Assembly (NCBI GenBank): GCA_963721365.1
Contig: CAVRJE010000020.1
Location: 6,173-70,172, forward strand
Source of the DNA: an uncultured Actinomycetota bacterium
GTDB taxonomy: Bacteria; Actinomycetota; Thermoleophilia; RBG-16-64-13
Reading direction: 5' to 3'
Length of the DNA stretch: 64,000 nt
The notes beneath the pieces are model-generated. The model worked only from the letters and a program-made list of their open reading frames with translations. It was not told where the DNA came from and did no database searches. Shown here one piece after another: positions 52,990 through 63,454 of the stretch. Made by a program: the position numbers and the translations under genes. Numbering within the stretch: position 1 is the first letter of the stretch; each line of letters starts with the position of its first letter.

Positions 52990-54904
52990 CACCTGTCTAC
53001 CAAGGCGGCGTGCCCCGCTCAGCCAGCTCTTCCAGCCCGATCTCTCGCCCGAAGGGTCGGCTTCGTCCCTCGGCGCAACCGTCCCGGTGACCATCGACGG
53101 CATCGAGACCAAAGTGCCGCTTGGCAGCACCATCCTGCAAGCCGCCAAGAGCATCGGGGTCCGCATCCCGACTCTCTGCTATCACCCCGACCTCGAAGTG
53201 GCAGGGATCTGCCGCATCTGCGTGGTCGAAGTGGAAGGACAGAGGACCCTGCAGGCGGCCTGCGCGTACCCCATCACCGAGCCCATCAGGATCAAGACCT
53301 ACTCGAAAGCGGTGCGCATCGCCCGCAGGCACGTCCTCGACCTGCTACTCAGCGAGCATTGCGGCGACTGCTACTCCTGCATCAGGAACGGCATCTGCGA
53401 GCTCCAGCAGCTTGCGGAGGAGTACGGGGTCGACAGCTTCCGCTTCGGCCACGTCGAGATCCCGGTGGCCGTTGACGACTCGAGCTACTCGATCGTGCGC
53501 GACATGAACAAGTGCATCCGCTGCCGCCGTTGCGTCCGCACCTGCATCGACATGCAGGAAGTGGGTGTGCTCGAGGCGGTGAACCGCTCGAACAAGGTGG
53601 AGATCTCCACCTTCTTGCACAAGCCCCTGGCCGATGTGATCTGCATCAACTGCGGGCAGTGCATCAACCGGTGTCCCACCGCCGCGCTCTACGCCAATCC
53701 GGCACTCGATCAGGTATGGAAAGCGCTGGACGACCCAACCAAGCACGTAGTCATTCAGACCGCTCCATCGCCAAGGGCCGCCATCGGCGAGGCGTTCGGC
53801 CTCGAGCCCGGGACTTCGGTCACCTACGAGATGAACACGGCGCTCCGGCGGATGGGCTTCGACCACGTGTTCGACACCAACTTCACCGCCGACCTCACGA
53901 TCATCGAGGAAGGCACCGAGCTCATCATCCGGCTCTATAAAGCTCTGGTCGAGGGTGATAAGAGCGTCGCGTTGCCTCAGCTCACCAGTTGCTCGCCGGG
54001 ATGGGTCAAGTACTGCGAGCACTTCTACCCGGAGTTCATCCCCAACCTCTCCAGCGCCAAGAGCCCGCAACAGATGTTCGGCGCTCTTATCAAGACCTTC
54101 TACGCCGACAAGCTGGGCCTCGACCCGGCCAACGTCGTCAGCGTGGCCCTCATGCCGTGCTCGGCCAAGAAGTTCGAGTGCAACCGCCCGGAGATGAACG
54201 CGAGCGGCTACCAGGACGTCGACTTCGGACTCACGACTCGTGAGCTCGGCAAGATGTTCCACCAGGCGGGGCTCGACGTGCCCAGCATGCCCAAGTCCGA
54301 CTTCGACGATCCCTTCGGCGGGGCTACCGGCTCGGGACTGATTTTTGGCGCCACCGGCGGTGTGATGGAATCTGCCCTGCGGACGGTTCTCGAACTGGTG
54401 ACCGGGCGCAAACTGGAGACCATCTACGAGCACGGCGACATCTTGCCGGTCCGCGGCTTCGAAGGCGTCCGCTACGCCGAGCTGACCATCGACCAGGTCG
54501 GTCCCGTACCGGACATCTTGAAGCATCTCGTCCCCAGTTGGGACTGGCTCAGGGGAGCGACGCTCAAGGTGGCGATCGCCCACGGCACGACCAATGCCAA
54601 GAAGGTCATGGAGGACATCAAGCACGGCGGCAAGTTCAGCGAGTGCCACTTCATCGAGTTCATGGCCTGCCCAGGCGGTTGCCTCGGCGGCGGCGGCCAG
54701 CCCATCCCGACGAACAAGGACATCCGGGCGGCTCGGGCCAAGGCCATCTACACCGAGGACCACGAGTTGGACGTGCGGAAGTCGTACGAGAACCCGGCGG
54801 TCCTCCGGGTCTACGGGGAATTCCTCACAGACGGACCGTGCGGCCATAAGAGCCATGAACTGCTGCACACGCACTACGTGGACCGTGGCAAGCACATCGA
54901 GTAG
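52979..54904 (+). CDS. hydA: Group A [FeFe] hydrogenase catalytic subunit 2
   Basis: LTSCSPGW, MPCSAKKFE, EFMACPGGCLGGGGQP; same accessory clusters as HydA1. Confidence 0.95.
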   Translation: MADNTCLPRRRAPLSQLFQPDLSPEGSASSLGATVPVTIDGIETKVPLGSTILQAAKSIGVRIPTLCYHPDLEVAGICRICVVEVEGQRTLQAACAYPITEPIRIKTYSKAVRIARRHVLDLLLSEHCGDCYSCIRNGICELQQLAEEYGVDSFRFGHVEIPVAVDDSSYSIVRDMNKCIRCRRCVRTCIDMQEVGVLEAVNRSNKVEISTFLHKPLADVICINCGQCINRCPTAALYANPALDQVWKALDDPTKHVVIQTAPSPRAAIGEAFGLEPGTSVTYEMNTALRRMGFDHVFDTNFTADLTIIEEGTELIIRLYKALVEGDKSVALPQLTSCSPGWVKYCEHFYPEFIPNLSSAKSPQQMFGALIKTFYADKLGLDPANVVSVALMPCSAKKFECNRPEMNASGYQDVDFGLTTRELGKMFHQAGLDVPSMPKSDFDDPFGGATGSGLIFGATGGVMESALRTVLELVTGRKLETIYEHGDILPVRGFEGVRYAELTIDQVGPVPDILKHLVPSWDWLRGATLKVAIAHGTTNAKKVMEDIKHGGKFSECHFIEFMACPGGCLGGGGQPIPTNKDIRAARAKAIYTEDHELDVRKSYENPAVLRVYGEFLTDGPCGHKSHELLHTHYVDRGKHIE

Positions 54905-54927
54905 GAAGAGCTGACACCACCTGCAGA

Positions 54928-54957
54928 CAAGAAGCCCCGCGAAAGCGGGGCTTCTTG
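54928..54957. terminator. Bidirectional terminator between the convergent [FeFe] and hyp operons
   Basis: caagaagccccgc-gaaa-gcggggcttcttg. Confidence 0.88.
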
Positions 54958-54962
54958 CGGTA

Positions 54963-55988
54963 TCAGCAGATGCGCGGCAGCGTTTCCCCCGGAGGCACGT
55001 CGATGATCCTCTCGCCGCCTATCCTGGTAGCGAGCAGTGCCTTGCCCGCCGCCTCCGCCGTCACTTCCCCGATGACGGCGGCCGCACGCCCAAGGGGATG
55101 CGCCCTCAGTGTCGCCAGCACACCCGGGGCATCGCCGGCAGGGCAGAAGAGGACCAACTTGCCTTCGTTGGCCACGGCCATGGCTTCGAACCCGAGCAGT
55201 TCACAGGCTCCCCGCACCGAGGCGCGGATCGGCAACCGGGTCTCCCTGATCAGCATCCCCAGACCGCTCGCTTCGGCGAGCTCGCACAAGGCACCGGCCA
55301 GCCCCCCTCGGGTGAGATCGCGCATCGCGTGTATCTCCGCTCCCGCCGAGAGAACAGTGCTCACCAGGTCCCAGAGAGGGGCACAGTCGCTCGCCAGTTC
55401 CGGCGAAAAAGAGATCCCCGAACGCCGGGCCATGATCGCCATCCCGTGGTCGCCGAGGAATCCGTTGACTAGGATGGCGTCGCCCGGCCGGATCATATGG
55501 GGGCCAAGAGACGTTTGCACCACGACGCGTCCAATGCCGGCGGTGTTGATATAGAGACCGTCGCAGCGCCCCTTTTCCACCACTTTGGTGTCGCCGGTCA
55601 CCACCTGGATGCCCGCCTGCGCCGCAGCCGATCCGATCGATCGGATCACTGTCTCGAGATCCGCGATCGGCAACCCTTCCTCCAGCACCAGCCCGAGACT
55701 CATCCACAACGGTTCGGCGCCTTTGACCGCCAGGTCGTTGACCGTCCCGCAGACACAGAGCTTTCCGATGTCCCCACCCGGGAAGAACAGCGGCGAGACC
55801 ACGTAGCTGTCGGTGGTGAAGGCCAGATCTCCGCCGTCGGTCTTGAGGACGGCGGCGTCGTCCAGGGGGTGAAGAAGCGGATTGTCGAGTACCGGCAGGA
55901 TCACCGACTCGATGAGCTCCCTGGTGAGGAGGCCGCCCCCGCCGTGCGCGAGGAGAATCCTGTCGGACCGGATGCGACCCGAGGTCAC
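54963..55988 (-). CDS. hypE: Hydrogenase maturation carbamoyl dehydratase HypE
   Basis: 'LAHGGGG', '[19 protein letters not shown]', 'RDLTRGG', C-terminal 'LPRIC'. Confidence 0.95.
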   Translation of the reverse strand: MTSGRIRSDRILLAHGGGGLLTRELIESVILPVLDNPLLHPLDDAAVLKTDGGDLAFTTDSYVVSPLFFPGGDIGKLCVCGTVNDLAVKGAEPLWMSLGLVLEEGLPIADLETVIRSIGSAAAQAGIQVVTGDTKVVEKGRCDGLYINTAGIGRVVVQTSLGPHMIRPGDAILVNGFLGDHGMAIMARRSGISFSPELASDCAPLWDLVSTVLSAGAEIHAMRDLTRGGLAGALCELAEASGLGMLIRETRLPIRASVRGACELLGFEAMAVANEGKLVLFCPAGDAPGVLATLRAHPLGRAAAVIGEVTAEAAGKALLATRIGGERIIDVPPGETLPRIC

Positions 55989-57080
55989 GACGCCCGCCTT
56001 GTGCCATATCGCCAGAAGGCCGCACACGCCCCCTCACTGGAGACCATGCACGGGCCCTCGGGAGTCAACGGCGTGCATTGTGCGATCGAACAGCGGGCAC
56101 TCCGGTGGAGTCAGCACGCCCCGAAGCACGTCGCCGCAGCGACACCCGTGCATCGGCTGCCCGGAAGTCACTTCGACGCCGTATCGTCGTGCCGCGTCGT
56201 GTTCGCAATAGCGATCGCGAAGGTCGAGACCACTTCCTGCTATGACTCCCAGCCCTCGCCATTCGCTGTCGCAAGCCTCGAAGACCTCGGTCATGATGCG
56301 TTGGGCTATCTGGTTGCCCTCCATCCCCACTGCGCGCCCGTATTCGATCTCCACCTCGCTCCGGCCGCCGGCGACTTGGGCCAGGAGCATCGAAACGCCC
56401 TCCAGCAGGTCGAGGTCCTCGAAACCGGTGATCACGCAGGGAATGCGGTATTCCTCGCACAAGAAGGAAAAGGCCGAGGCCCCGGTGATCACACTTACGT
56501 GACCCGGACAGATGAACCCGTCGATGCCCACCTCTCCGCCACTCGCCAGCGCTCTCATCGGTCCCGGCATGGTCTTGAGAGCACTCAGGATCATGAAGTT
56601 GCCGAGCCCCTGCTCTTGGGCGGTGCGGACTGCGACGGCGATGCCCGGGATAGTCGTCTCAAACCCGACGGCCAGGAACACCACCGACCGCGCCGGGTCC
56701 TGACGGGCCAACTCCACCGCGTCGATGGGCGAATAGACCACCTCGACTGCCGCTCCGTTGGCCCGCTCCCTTTCCAGAGAAGAAGCGCTTCCCGGTACTC
56801 GGACCAGGTCACCGAAGGTGGCGATCGTCACTCCCGCCCGCCGGCTCAACTCGACCGCCGCGTCGACGTAGCCGTTGGGAGTGACGCAGACCGGACAGCC
56901 GGGGCCGGAGATCAGAGCGACCGACGGGGGCAGAAGCGAACGAAGGCCGCTTCTGAAGGCGACCATGGTATGCGTTCCGCACACCTCCATGAGCCGCACG
57001 TCACGGCCGATACTCCTCGCGGACTCCTCGATCCGCGACACCGAGGACGAGCCGGGAAGGTGTCCGACCCCCGGTTTCAC
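55985..57080 (-). CDS. hypD: Hydrogenase maturation protein HypD (frameshift near the 3' end)
   Basis: 'MEVCGTHT', 'GPGCPVC', 'GFETT', 'PGHVS', 'CRCGDVLRG', then 'MVSSEGAC' in a shifted frame. Confidence 0.92.
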
Positions 57081-57331
57081 GAAGCGTCGCTCGACCAGGC
57101 GTCGCTCGACTGGGCGTCGCTCGACCAGGTCCCGTCGAGCATGGCCTTCCATTCGAGCACGTCCTGCTCGCTCCAGCGCTCGATGGCGAACCCAGCGTGC
57201 ACCAGAACGTAGGAGCCCACGCTGACGCCGTCTACCAGGGACAGGTCGACCTCGCGCAACGCACCATCCACGGAGACCAGTGCGGTCCTCCCGGCCACTT
57301 CGACGACTTCACATGGCACCGCTAGGCACAT
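57077..57331 (-). CDS. hypC: Hydrogenase chaperone HypC
   Basis: MCLAVP and 'YVLVHAGFAI'. The 3' end carries a 15-bp x3 repeat (57084-57128). Confidence 0.92.
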   Translation of the reverse strand: MCLAVPCEVVEVAGRTALVSVDGALREVDLSLVDGVSVGSYVLVHAGFAIERWSEQDVLEWKAMLDGTWSSDAQSSDAWSSDAS

Positions 57332-59684
57332 GGAGCGCCCCTCTGCCGCGGGCCGCCCGGCCCGCTCCCGGCCTGGATGCGCGCAAGCGCCACCGCGGCC
57401 TGCCCCAGGGACAGGCCTCCGTCGTTGCAGGGGGTCAGGGTGTTCGAGTGCACCACCAGTCCCTCCCTGCCAAGCGCCGCTGTGAGCCCGCTCAGTACCA
57501 GTCTGTTCTGAAAGACGCCGCCGGAGAGCACCACGTCCGAAACTGCCCGCTCTGCGCATAGCCGCACGGCCGTCGCGGCCGTCCCCGCCACCACCGCGTT
57601 GTGAAACTTCGCAGACATCACGCCGTCGTCGCATCCACTCCGGATGTCGCCGACAAGCGCTCGAAACGCCGGCCCCAGGTCGAGCACCCAGGGACGCTCG
57701 CCGGCACGTAACTCGAAGGGGTAGCTTTCCCGGCACGCCGGCAGCCGCTGCCGCTTCCAGCCTTATGGCCCCCTGAGCTTCGTACCCCGCGGTGTCGCAC
57801 AAACCCAAGAGCGCGGCCGCTGCGTCGAACAACCGCCCCGCGCTCGAGGCGAGAGGACAGTTGAGACCGGACTCGATGAGCCGCGAGACACTCTCCGCTC
57901 GCCCATCCCCCACCCACGCCGGGGCAGACCGGGCGCCGCCGTGAAACGCCCGGGGCAGGTCGATGTCATCGGCGACGCAGACGCTCACACCCATTCGCCA
58001 CGGCTGGTCGATGGCCCGCTCGCCGCCCGGAAGCGGGTATTGCCTGAAATGTGCCAAGCGCTCGAAATCACTCCGGTCGGCCAAGAGGAATTCTCCCCCC
58101 CACACCGTCCCGTCCGTGCCATAGCCGGTGCCATCGAGGGCGATGCCCAACACCGGCCCTTCCAGCCCGCACTCCGCCATGACACCGGCGATATGCGCGT
58201 GATGATGCTGTACCCCGATCAAAGCGACGCCGTCCAACCGCGACGCGTAACGTGTCGACAGGTAGCCCGGATGCAGGTCGTGGGCGACGATCTGGGGAGT
58301 CACACGCAGAAGCTCGAGCCACCGTCGGATCTCTTCCTCGAAGAAGGTGTGAGTGGCGTGCTCCGCCAGGTCGCCGATATGCTGAGAGACATGGGCGTTC
58401 CCCCGTACAACCAGGCAGAAGGTGCTCTTGAGGTCGCCGCCGGTGGCCAGCACCACCGGGGAATCGGCACCTATCCGCAAGGGCGTAGGCACGAAACCCC
58501 TGGCCCGCCGCAAGAACCGGCGGCGGCCACCGACGAACCTGACCACCGAGTCGTCACAGCGGTGCTGGATCGGCCTGTCGTGGGTGAGGGCCGCATCGGC
58601 GATCCCCTCTCTTGAGGAGAGAGGCCACTTGCTCCTCGTCCTGGGCTATCGGCTCCTCGAGACGATTGCCGCTGGTGAGCACCAGCGCTTCGAACTCCTC
58701 GAGGAGCAGCTGGTGGACAGGGGTGTAGGGAAGGAACACGCCGGTGTCGGCGGTATCCGGCGATATGGAAGGGTCGAGCCGGCCGTCGAGCACGACGATG
58801 GGGCGCGCCGCAGAGAGGAGCTCCGCAGCCTCTTCGGGACTGACCGGGAAGTGCTTCTGCACCGAGGCGATATCGCGGAACATGACGGCCAGAGTCTTGT
58901 GAGGTCGTTGCTTTCGGGCCCGCAGGCGGGCGATCGCCTGCTTGTCGAAAGCGTCACACGCCAGGTGATATCCGCCCAGGCCCTTCACTGCTACGATCCC
59001 GCCGCTTGCGCAGTAAAGCCTGCGCTTCTCGCAGCGCCGGCTCGGCCTCGGCCAGTGCGGCGCCCCTTGAGGCCCGATCAGGGTCAGACGGGGCCCGCAC
59101 ACGGGGCAGGCGTTGGGCTCGGCGTGAAACCGCCGGTCGCCAGGGTCGGCGTACTCGCGGCCGCAAGCGGGGCAGAGCGGAAAACGCGCCATCGAGGTGG
59201 TGGCCCTGTCATAGGGGAGGTCGCCGACTATGGTGAACCTCGGACCACAATCGACGCAGTTGATGAACGGGTAGCGGTAGCGTCTGTCTTTGGGATCGCC
59301 CAGCTCGCTCAGACATGTGTCGCATGTGGCAAGGTCGGGAGGCAGTTGGACCCCCACCGCCCCTTCTGTCTCGGATGCGACGACCTCGAAGCTCTTGTAG
59401 CCCTCGATGGGCAGCGTCTTCGCGTCGACCTTCGCGATCAGCGCCCGCTCGGGCACGTTTTGCTCCAGCAGCTTGAAGAAAGTGGAGATGTCTTCTTCAC
59501 GTCCTTCGACCTCGAGCGTCACCCCACCCGGGTCGTTGCGCACGAACCCGGCCAACCGGCAGGCGACAGCGTGCCGGTAGATAGCGGGCCGAAAGCCCAC
59601 CCCCTGCACCCTTCCCTCGATCGTGGCCCGGACACGGGTGGTGCCTCCCTTGCTTGGCCGACTTGTTGCGAGGCACCGGCTCAT
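57322..59684 (-). CDS. hypF: Carbamoyltransferase HypF (several frameshifts)
   Basis: 'GRVQGVGFRP', zinc fingers CDTC/CVDCGPRF/CPAC/CPVCGP, 'KGLGGYHL', 'QHHHAH', 'LSGGVFQN', 'NDGGLSLGQ'. Confidence 0.92.
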
Positions 59685-60362
59685 GGCGCGGCGCCGGCTC
59701 CTTGGCGATGACTCTCCATCGAGCCGGCCACCCACTCCGCGAAGTCCTCGATCCCCTCACCCGTGCGGCACGACACCTCGATCACCGGCGCGTGCGAATT
59801 GAGACCTCGGAAGTCCCTCATGAAGACCTCCATGTCGAAGTCGGTGTGCTCGAGGAGGTCCACCTTGTTCAGCACGAGCGCGGAGATCTCGTGAAAGAGC
59901 AGCGGGTATTTGGCCGGCTTGTCGTGCCCCTCGGCGACGCTCAGGATACCCACTTTCGCGGCTTCCCCCAGGTCGAACTCGGCAGGGCAGGCTATGTTGC
60001 CGACGTTCTCGATGAACACTAGATCGAGACCTTCCAGAGGAAGCTCCGCGAGACCTTTGGCCACCAGCGCGGCTTCCAGATGGCAACCGCCGTTCGTCAG
60101 CAGTTGGATCACCGGCACGTTCAGCACGTCGATGCGCTCGGCGTCCCGAGTAGTCGCGATGTCACCTTCCAGCACCGCCACTGCTGAACCGCTCGCGAAG
60201 CAGCGGGATCACCTTCTCGAGGAGCGAAGTCTTCCCGGCCCCCGGGGCGCTGATGAGATTCAGAGCGGTGATCCCCGCCGAAGCGAGCCGCCCGCGGGTC
60301 TCGGCGGCCGCTTCGTCGTTCGCCTCGAGGATGTTCTGCAGAACCCTGATCTCCACCGTCAC
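59681..60362 (-). CDS. hypB: Nickel insertion GTPase HypB (frameshift near 60181)
   Basis: 'PGAGKT', 'EGD', 'GGCHL', 'ENVGNIACPAEFDLGE', 'NKVDL'. Confidence 0.92.
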
Positions 60363-60374
60363 ATTTCCCTTTCG

Positions 60375-60719
60375 TCAGTCCGTCAACTCGACACTCACCA
60401 GATCCAATTCCTGTCCGGCGACGAGGTCGCCGCCGAGGCTGCCACAAACCGGACAGATGATCAGTGGCGCTTCCACGGGAAAGATCTCCCCGCAATTCGG
60501 GCACAGCCCCCGCGCTTCCACAGTCTCCATCTCCAACCGGGAGCCGTCGAGAGGTGTGTCCCGGGTGAGCAAGGTGTAGTAGAAGTCCAGGCTCTCCGGC
60601 ACCACCAGACGCCAACTCCCGATCCGCAGCCCAACCGATACCACGCCCCGCCCCTGATGAGAGCACCGAACCGCCTCCACCTGCTCGACCAGTGCCTGGG
60701 CGATGCTCAGTTCGTGCAT
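60375..60719 (-). CDS. hypA: Nickel metallochaperone HypA
   Basis: MHELSIA, CPNC...CPVC. Confidence 0.93.
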   Translation of the reverse strand: MHELSIAQALVEQVEAVRCSHQGRGVVSVGLRIGSWRLVVPESLDFYYTLLTRDTPLDGSRLEMETVEARGLCPNCGEIFPVEAPLIICPVCGSLGGDLVAGQELDLVSVELTD

Positions 60720-60763
60720 GCCTCGGTGTCTCCGCAGCGCGCACACAAGGTACGATAGGGCCG

Positions 60764-61272
60764 ATGAGAACGATGAGGACCATCGTGCTGGGCATGGGCA
60801 ACCCAATACTGTGCGACGACGCGGTCGGGATCAGGCTGGCCCGCGATCTTCAGCTGCGGGCAGGGCAGCAGCCGGACGTCGACTATATCGTCGACTGCTC
60901 GGTGGGAGGCCTGAACCTTCTCGACCTGGTCACGGGCTACGACCGCCTCATCGTGTTCGACTCGATTCGAGGCGGGGGGGACCTCCAGGCACCTGGTATT
61001 CCATGACCGGCGAGTCCTTCAAGGAGACCATGAACCTTGCGAACGTGCACGACGCCAACTTCACCACGGCTCTGGAACTTGGCCGGCAGTTGAACGCCCG
61101 GGTTCCCCACCCCGCGGACGTCCACATATTCGCGGTGGAGATCGTCAACAACACCACGTTCTCGGAAAGCATGACTCCTGAGCTCGAGACGTCGTACAGC
61201 ACGTTCTGCCCGGAGATCATGCGCGAAGCGCTTGCTCTGCTGCATCCCCCTGCTAGTCAACGCCGGGTGTAG
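60764..61272 (+). CDS. Hydrogenase maturation endopeptidase (frameshift near 60980)
   Basis: 'LGMGNPILCDDAVG', 'D.LIVFDS', 'NVHD'. Confidence 0.85.
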
Positions 61273-61976
61273 ACGCCGACCAGTTGTCCGTCGAGCCGCG
61301 AACCGGCCTCCGATTCCCTGTCGGCACTCGGCGTGATCGGCCCGGTCTCGCACCCGAGCGGCGAGTAGTACACCATCCCGCACTGCCGGCATCGGTACTG
61401 TACGGTCTCGTTGACCACTGTGATAGCTTCGTTTTCCTTCGAGCATTCGGGACAGGGCATGCTGCGCATCTCGCTCTTCGCGCCTGTCACTACGACCGTC
61501 GCAGCCCGGGTAGGGGTCAGATACTGCTTGGAGAACGGCTGGTCCACCAGACGGGCGCGCAACTTCTCGAGCCGGTCCGCCGTGATGCCGGCGATCATCC
61601 TGACCACCCGATAGCCGATGTGGTTGTTCGCGTCGAACAGCCGCCTGAGCCTGTCGCCGTCCATGACGATGACCGTACAGTCGTCGAGGGCCCATATCGC
61701 TGCCTTGAACCTCTGATCGTCCAACACGGCCGACCAGCCGAACACATTGCCCGGTCCCAGTTCGTCGATAAGTACCTCATGACCGTCGCGGCTGCTCATC
61801 CTCACCGCGACCCGGCCTTCCTTCAGCAGGTACAGAGCGGCGGCGTTCGTACCCTCCGCGATGATCCGCGAACCTGCGCCTCGCTTCTCGATGGTGCCCA
61901 GCTTGGCCACCTCTTCGAGCTCTCTGTCGTTCAGGTCATCGAATATGTTGCAGCACTTCAGTTCATCGATGTCCAC
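61257..61976 (-). CDS. cNMP-binding (Crp-like sensor) domain protein with a C-terminal CxxC...CxxC zinc ribbon
   Basis: 'IFDDL...L', 'IIAEG....LYLLKEGRV', 'GPGNVFGWSA', then CPEC...CRQC. No HTH is evident. Confidence 0.8.
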   Translation of the reverse strand: MDIDELKCCNIFDDLNDRELEEVAKLGTIEKRGAGSRIIAEGTNAAALYLLKEGRVAVRMSSRDGHEVLIDELGPGNVFGWSAVLDDQRFKAAIWALDDCTVIVMDGDRLRRLFDANNHIGYRVVRMIAGITADRLEKLRARLVDQPFSKQYLTPTRAATVVVTGAKSEMRSMPCPECSKENEAITVVNETVQYRCRQCGMVYYSPLGCETGPITPSADRESEAGSRLDGQLVGVYTRR

Positions 61977-61990
61977 CGTCTGTGCACCTC

Positions 61991-63454
61991 TCAGCAATTG
62001 CGTTTGACGGTCTTGACGAGCTCGCCCTTCTGGTAGAAGGCGGCCTCGAGCGGCATCTTGCCCAGGCTGTGCGTGGCGCAGCTGTAACACGGATCGAACG
62101 CCCGGAAGGCCATCTCGACCATGTTGAGGATGCCTTGGTCCGGCTCGACCCCCGGCTTGATGAGCGCTTGGGCCACCTTCTTGGTCACCATCTGGATCGG
62201 CGCGTTGTTGTTGGTCGTTCCCACGATAAGGTTGGCGCTCGTGCAGATACCCCGCTCGTCACAGGTGTAGTGGTGGGTGAGGGTCCCCCGCATGGCCTCC
62301 ACGACCCCGAACCCTTCTCCCGTGATCCGCTGAGGGATGACCCGCACCTCCTCGCCGGTGATCTCCGGGTCGTCACAGTAGCGCTGCAGGGTCTCGGCAT
62401 TCTGGACCATCTCCACCAACCGCGCCCAGTGCTGGGCCAGCAGAGCCTTGCACGGGTGGCCGCCGAGGGTCGCGTACATCTCGTCGAAGCCCTCCTGGGC
62501 CTTGGGGGTGGCCATCCTGTCGGCGACGTTGAGGCGGGCTAGGGGAGTGGCGCAGTATATGCTCGAGTCGATCCCCTCTGCGAACCCTTTCCAGCCCCGC
62601 TTCTTCAGATATGGGAACTTCAGGTACGTCCACGGCTCCACGTGCTCGGCTACGTGATCGGCATACTCCCGGGCCTCGTACTTGTGTATCTCCTTGCCCT
62701 CGAAATCCACCACACGGATCTTGCCGTCGTAGAAGTTGGGGGCGTTGTTCTCGTCCACCAGCCCCATGTTGTGGACATCGAGCGTGTAGGGACCGTTGAC
62801 TATCAGGTCGACGTATTGGGGGTTGGCGAGAACCACATCGCGGAAGAGTTGCAGGCTGAATTGGGCGAAGTCGTAGAACTCCTGCACCCATGGCCTGATC
62901 TGCTCGAGCTCCTCGGGCTTGAGGCTCTTGGCCACGCCGCCGGGGAGGCACCAGATGTCCTGCGTGTTCCGGCCCCCGATGATGCGTTGCGTCTCCTGAG
63001 CCAACCCCCGGATCCGGATGACCCTGCCGCCGATCTCGAGGCCGACCTTGGCAACCACGCCCAGGATGTTGCGCACCGCCGGGTCGGCATCGGGCCCAAG
63101 AACGAAGTCCGGCGCGGCGAGCGCGTAGAAGTGGGCGGTATGGCTGTGGATGTAGTGGGCGTTGTAGTACATGTCGCGGAGCTTGTGGGCAAGTGGTGCG
63201 ACCGCGTCGCCGAAACAACCGTCGACCGCCTTGGCGCTCGCCATGTGGTGGCTGGCCGGGCAGACACCGCAGATCCGGGTGACGATCCGGGGCAGCTCCT
63301 CAATGGGCCGGCCGACAACAAACTGTTCGAAACCACGTAGTTCCGGGATCTGGAAATAGCAGTCTTCGACCGCTCCCGCGTCGTCCAGGAAGATCGAGAT
63401 CTTCCCATGACCTTCCAGCCGGGTGATGGGATCGATGGTGATGTTTCTTGTCAT
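61991..63454 (-). CDS. mvhA: [NiFe] hydrogenase large subunit, group 3c (MvhA-like)
   Basis: 'IDPITRLEGH', 'RGFE', L1 'RICGVC', L2 'RAFDPCYSCATH', plus a cleavable C-terminal extension. Confidence 0.9.
   Translation of the reverse strand: MTRNITIDPITRLEGHGKISIFLDDAGAVEDCYFQIPELRGFEQFVVGRPIEELPRIVTRICGVCPASHHMASAKAVDGCFGDAVAPLAHKLRDMYYNAHYIHSHTAHFYALAAPDFVLGPDADPAVRNILGVVAKVGLEIGGRVIRIRGLAQETQRIIGGRNTQDIWCLPGGVAKSLKPEELEQIRPWVQEFYDFAQFSLQLFRDVVLANPQYVDLIVNGPYTLDVHNMGLVDENNAPNFYDGKIRVVDFEGKEIHKYEAREYADHVAEHVEPWTYLKFPYLKKRGWKGFAEGIDSSIYCATPLARLNVADRMATPKAQEGFDEMYATLGGHPCKALLAQHWARLVEMVQNAETLQRYCDDPEITGEEVRVIPQRITGEGFGVVEAMRGTLTHHYTCDERGICTSANLIVGTTNNNAPIQMVTKKVAQALIKPGVEPDQGILNMVEMAFRAFDPCYSCATHSLGKMPLEAAFYQKGELVKTVKRNC

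Noticed and set aside
45146-54904. TSCSPGW instead of TSCCPxW in both HydA subunits, read as inactivation or novelty
   Set aside because: This Cys-to-Ser variant is known among multimeric group A enzymes, and the other H-cluster motifs are canonical.
57077-58546. HypF-HypC fusion shown in the ORF track
   Set aside because: Frameshift artefact. The HypF C-terminus is in another frame ending at 57322, and HypC needs its own N-terminal Met-Cys.
61991-63454. [NiFeSe] hydrogenase or selenocysteine recoding
   Set aside because: The L2 motif is DPCYSC with ordinary Cys codons, and there is no in-frame TGA.
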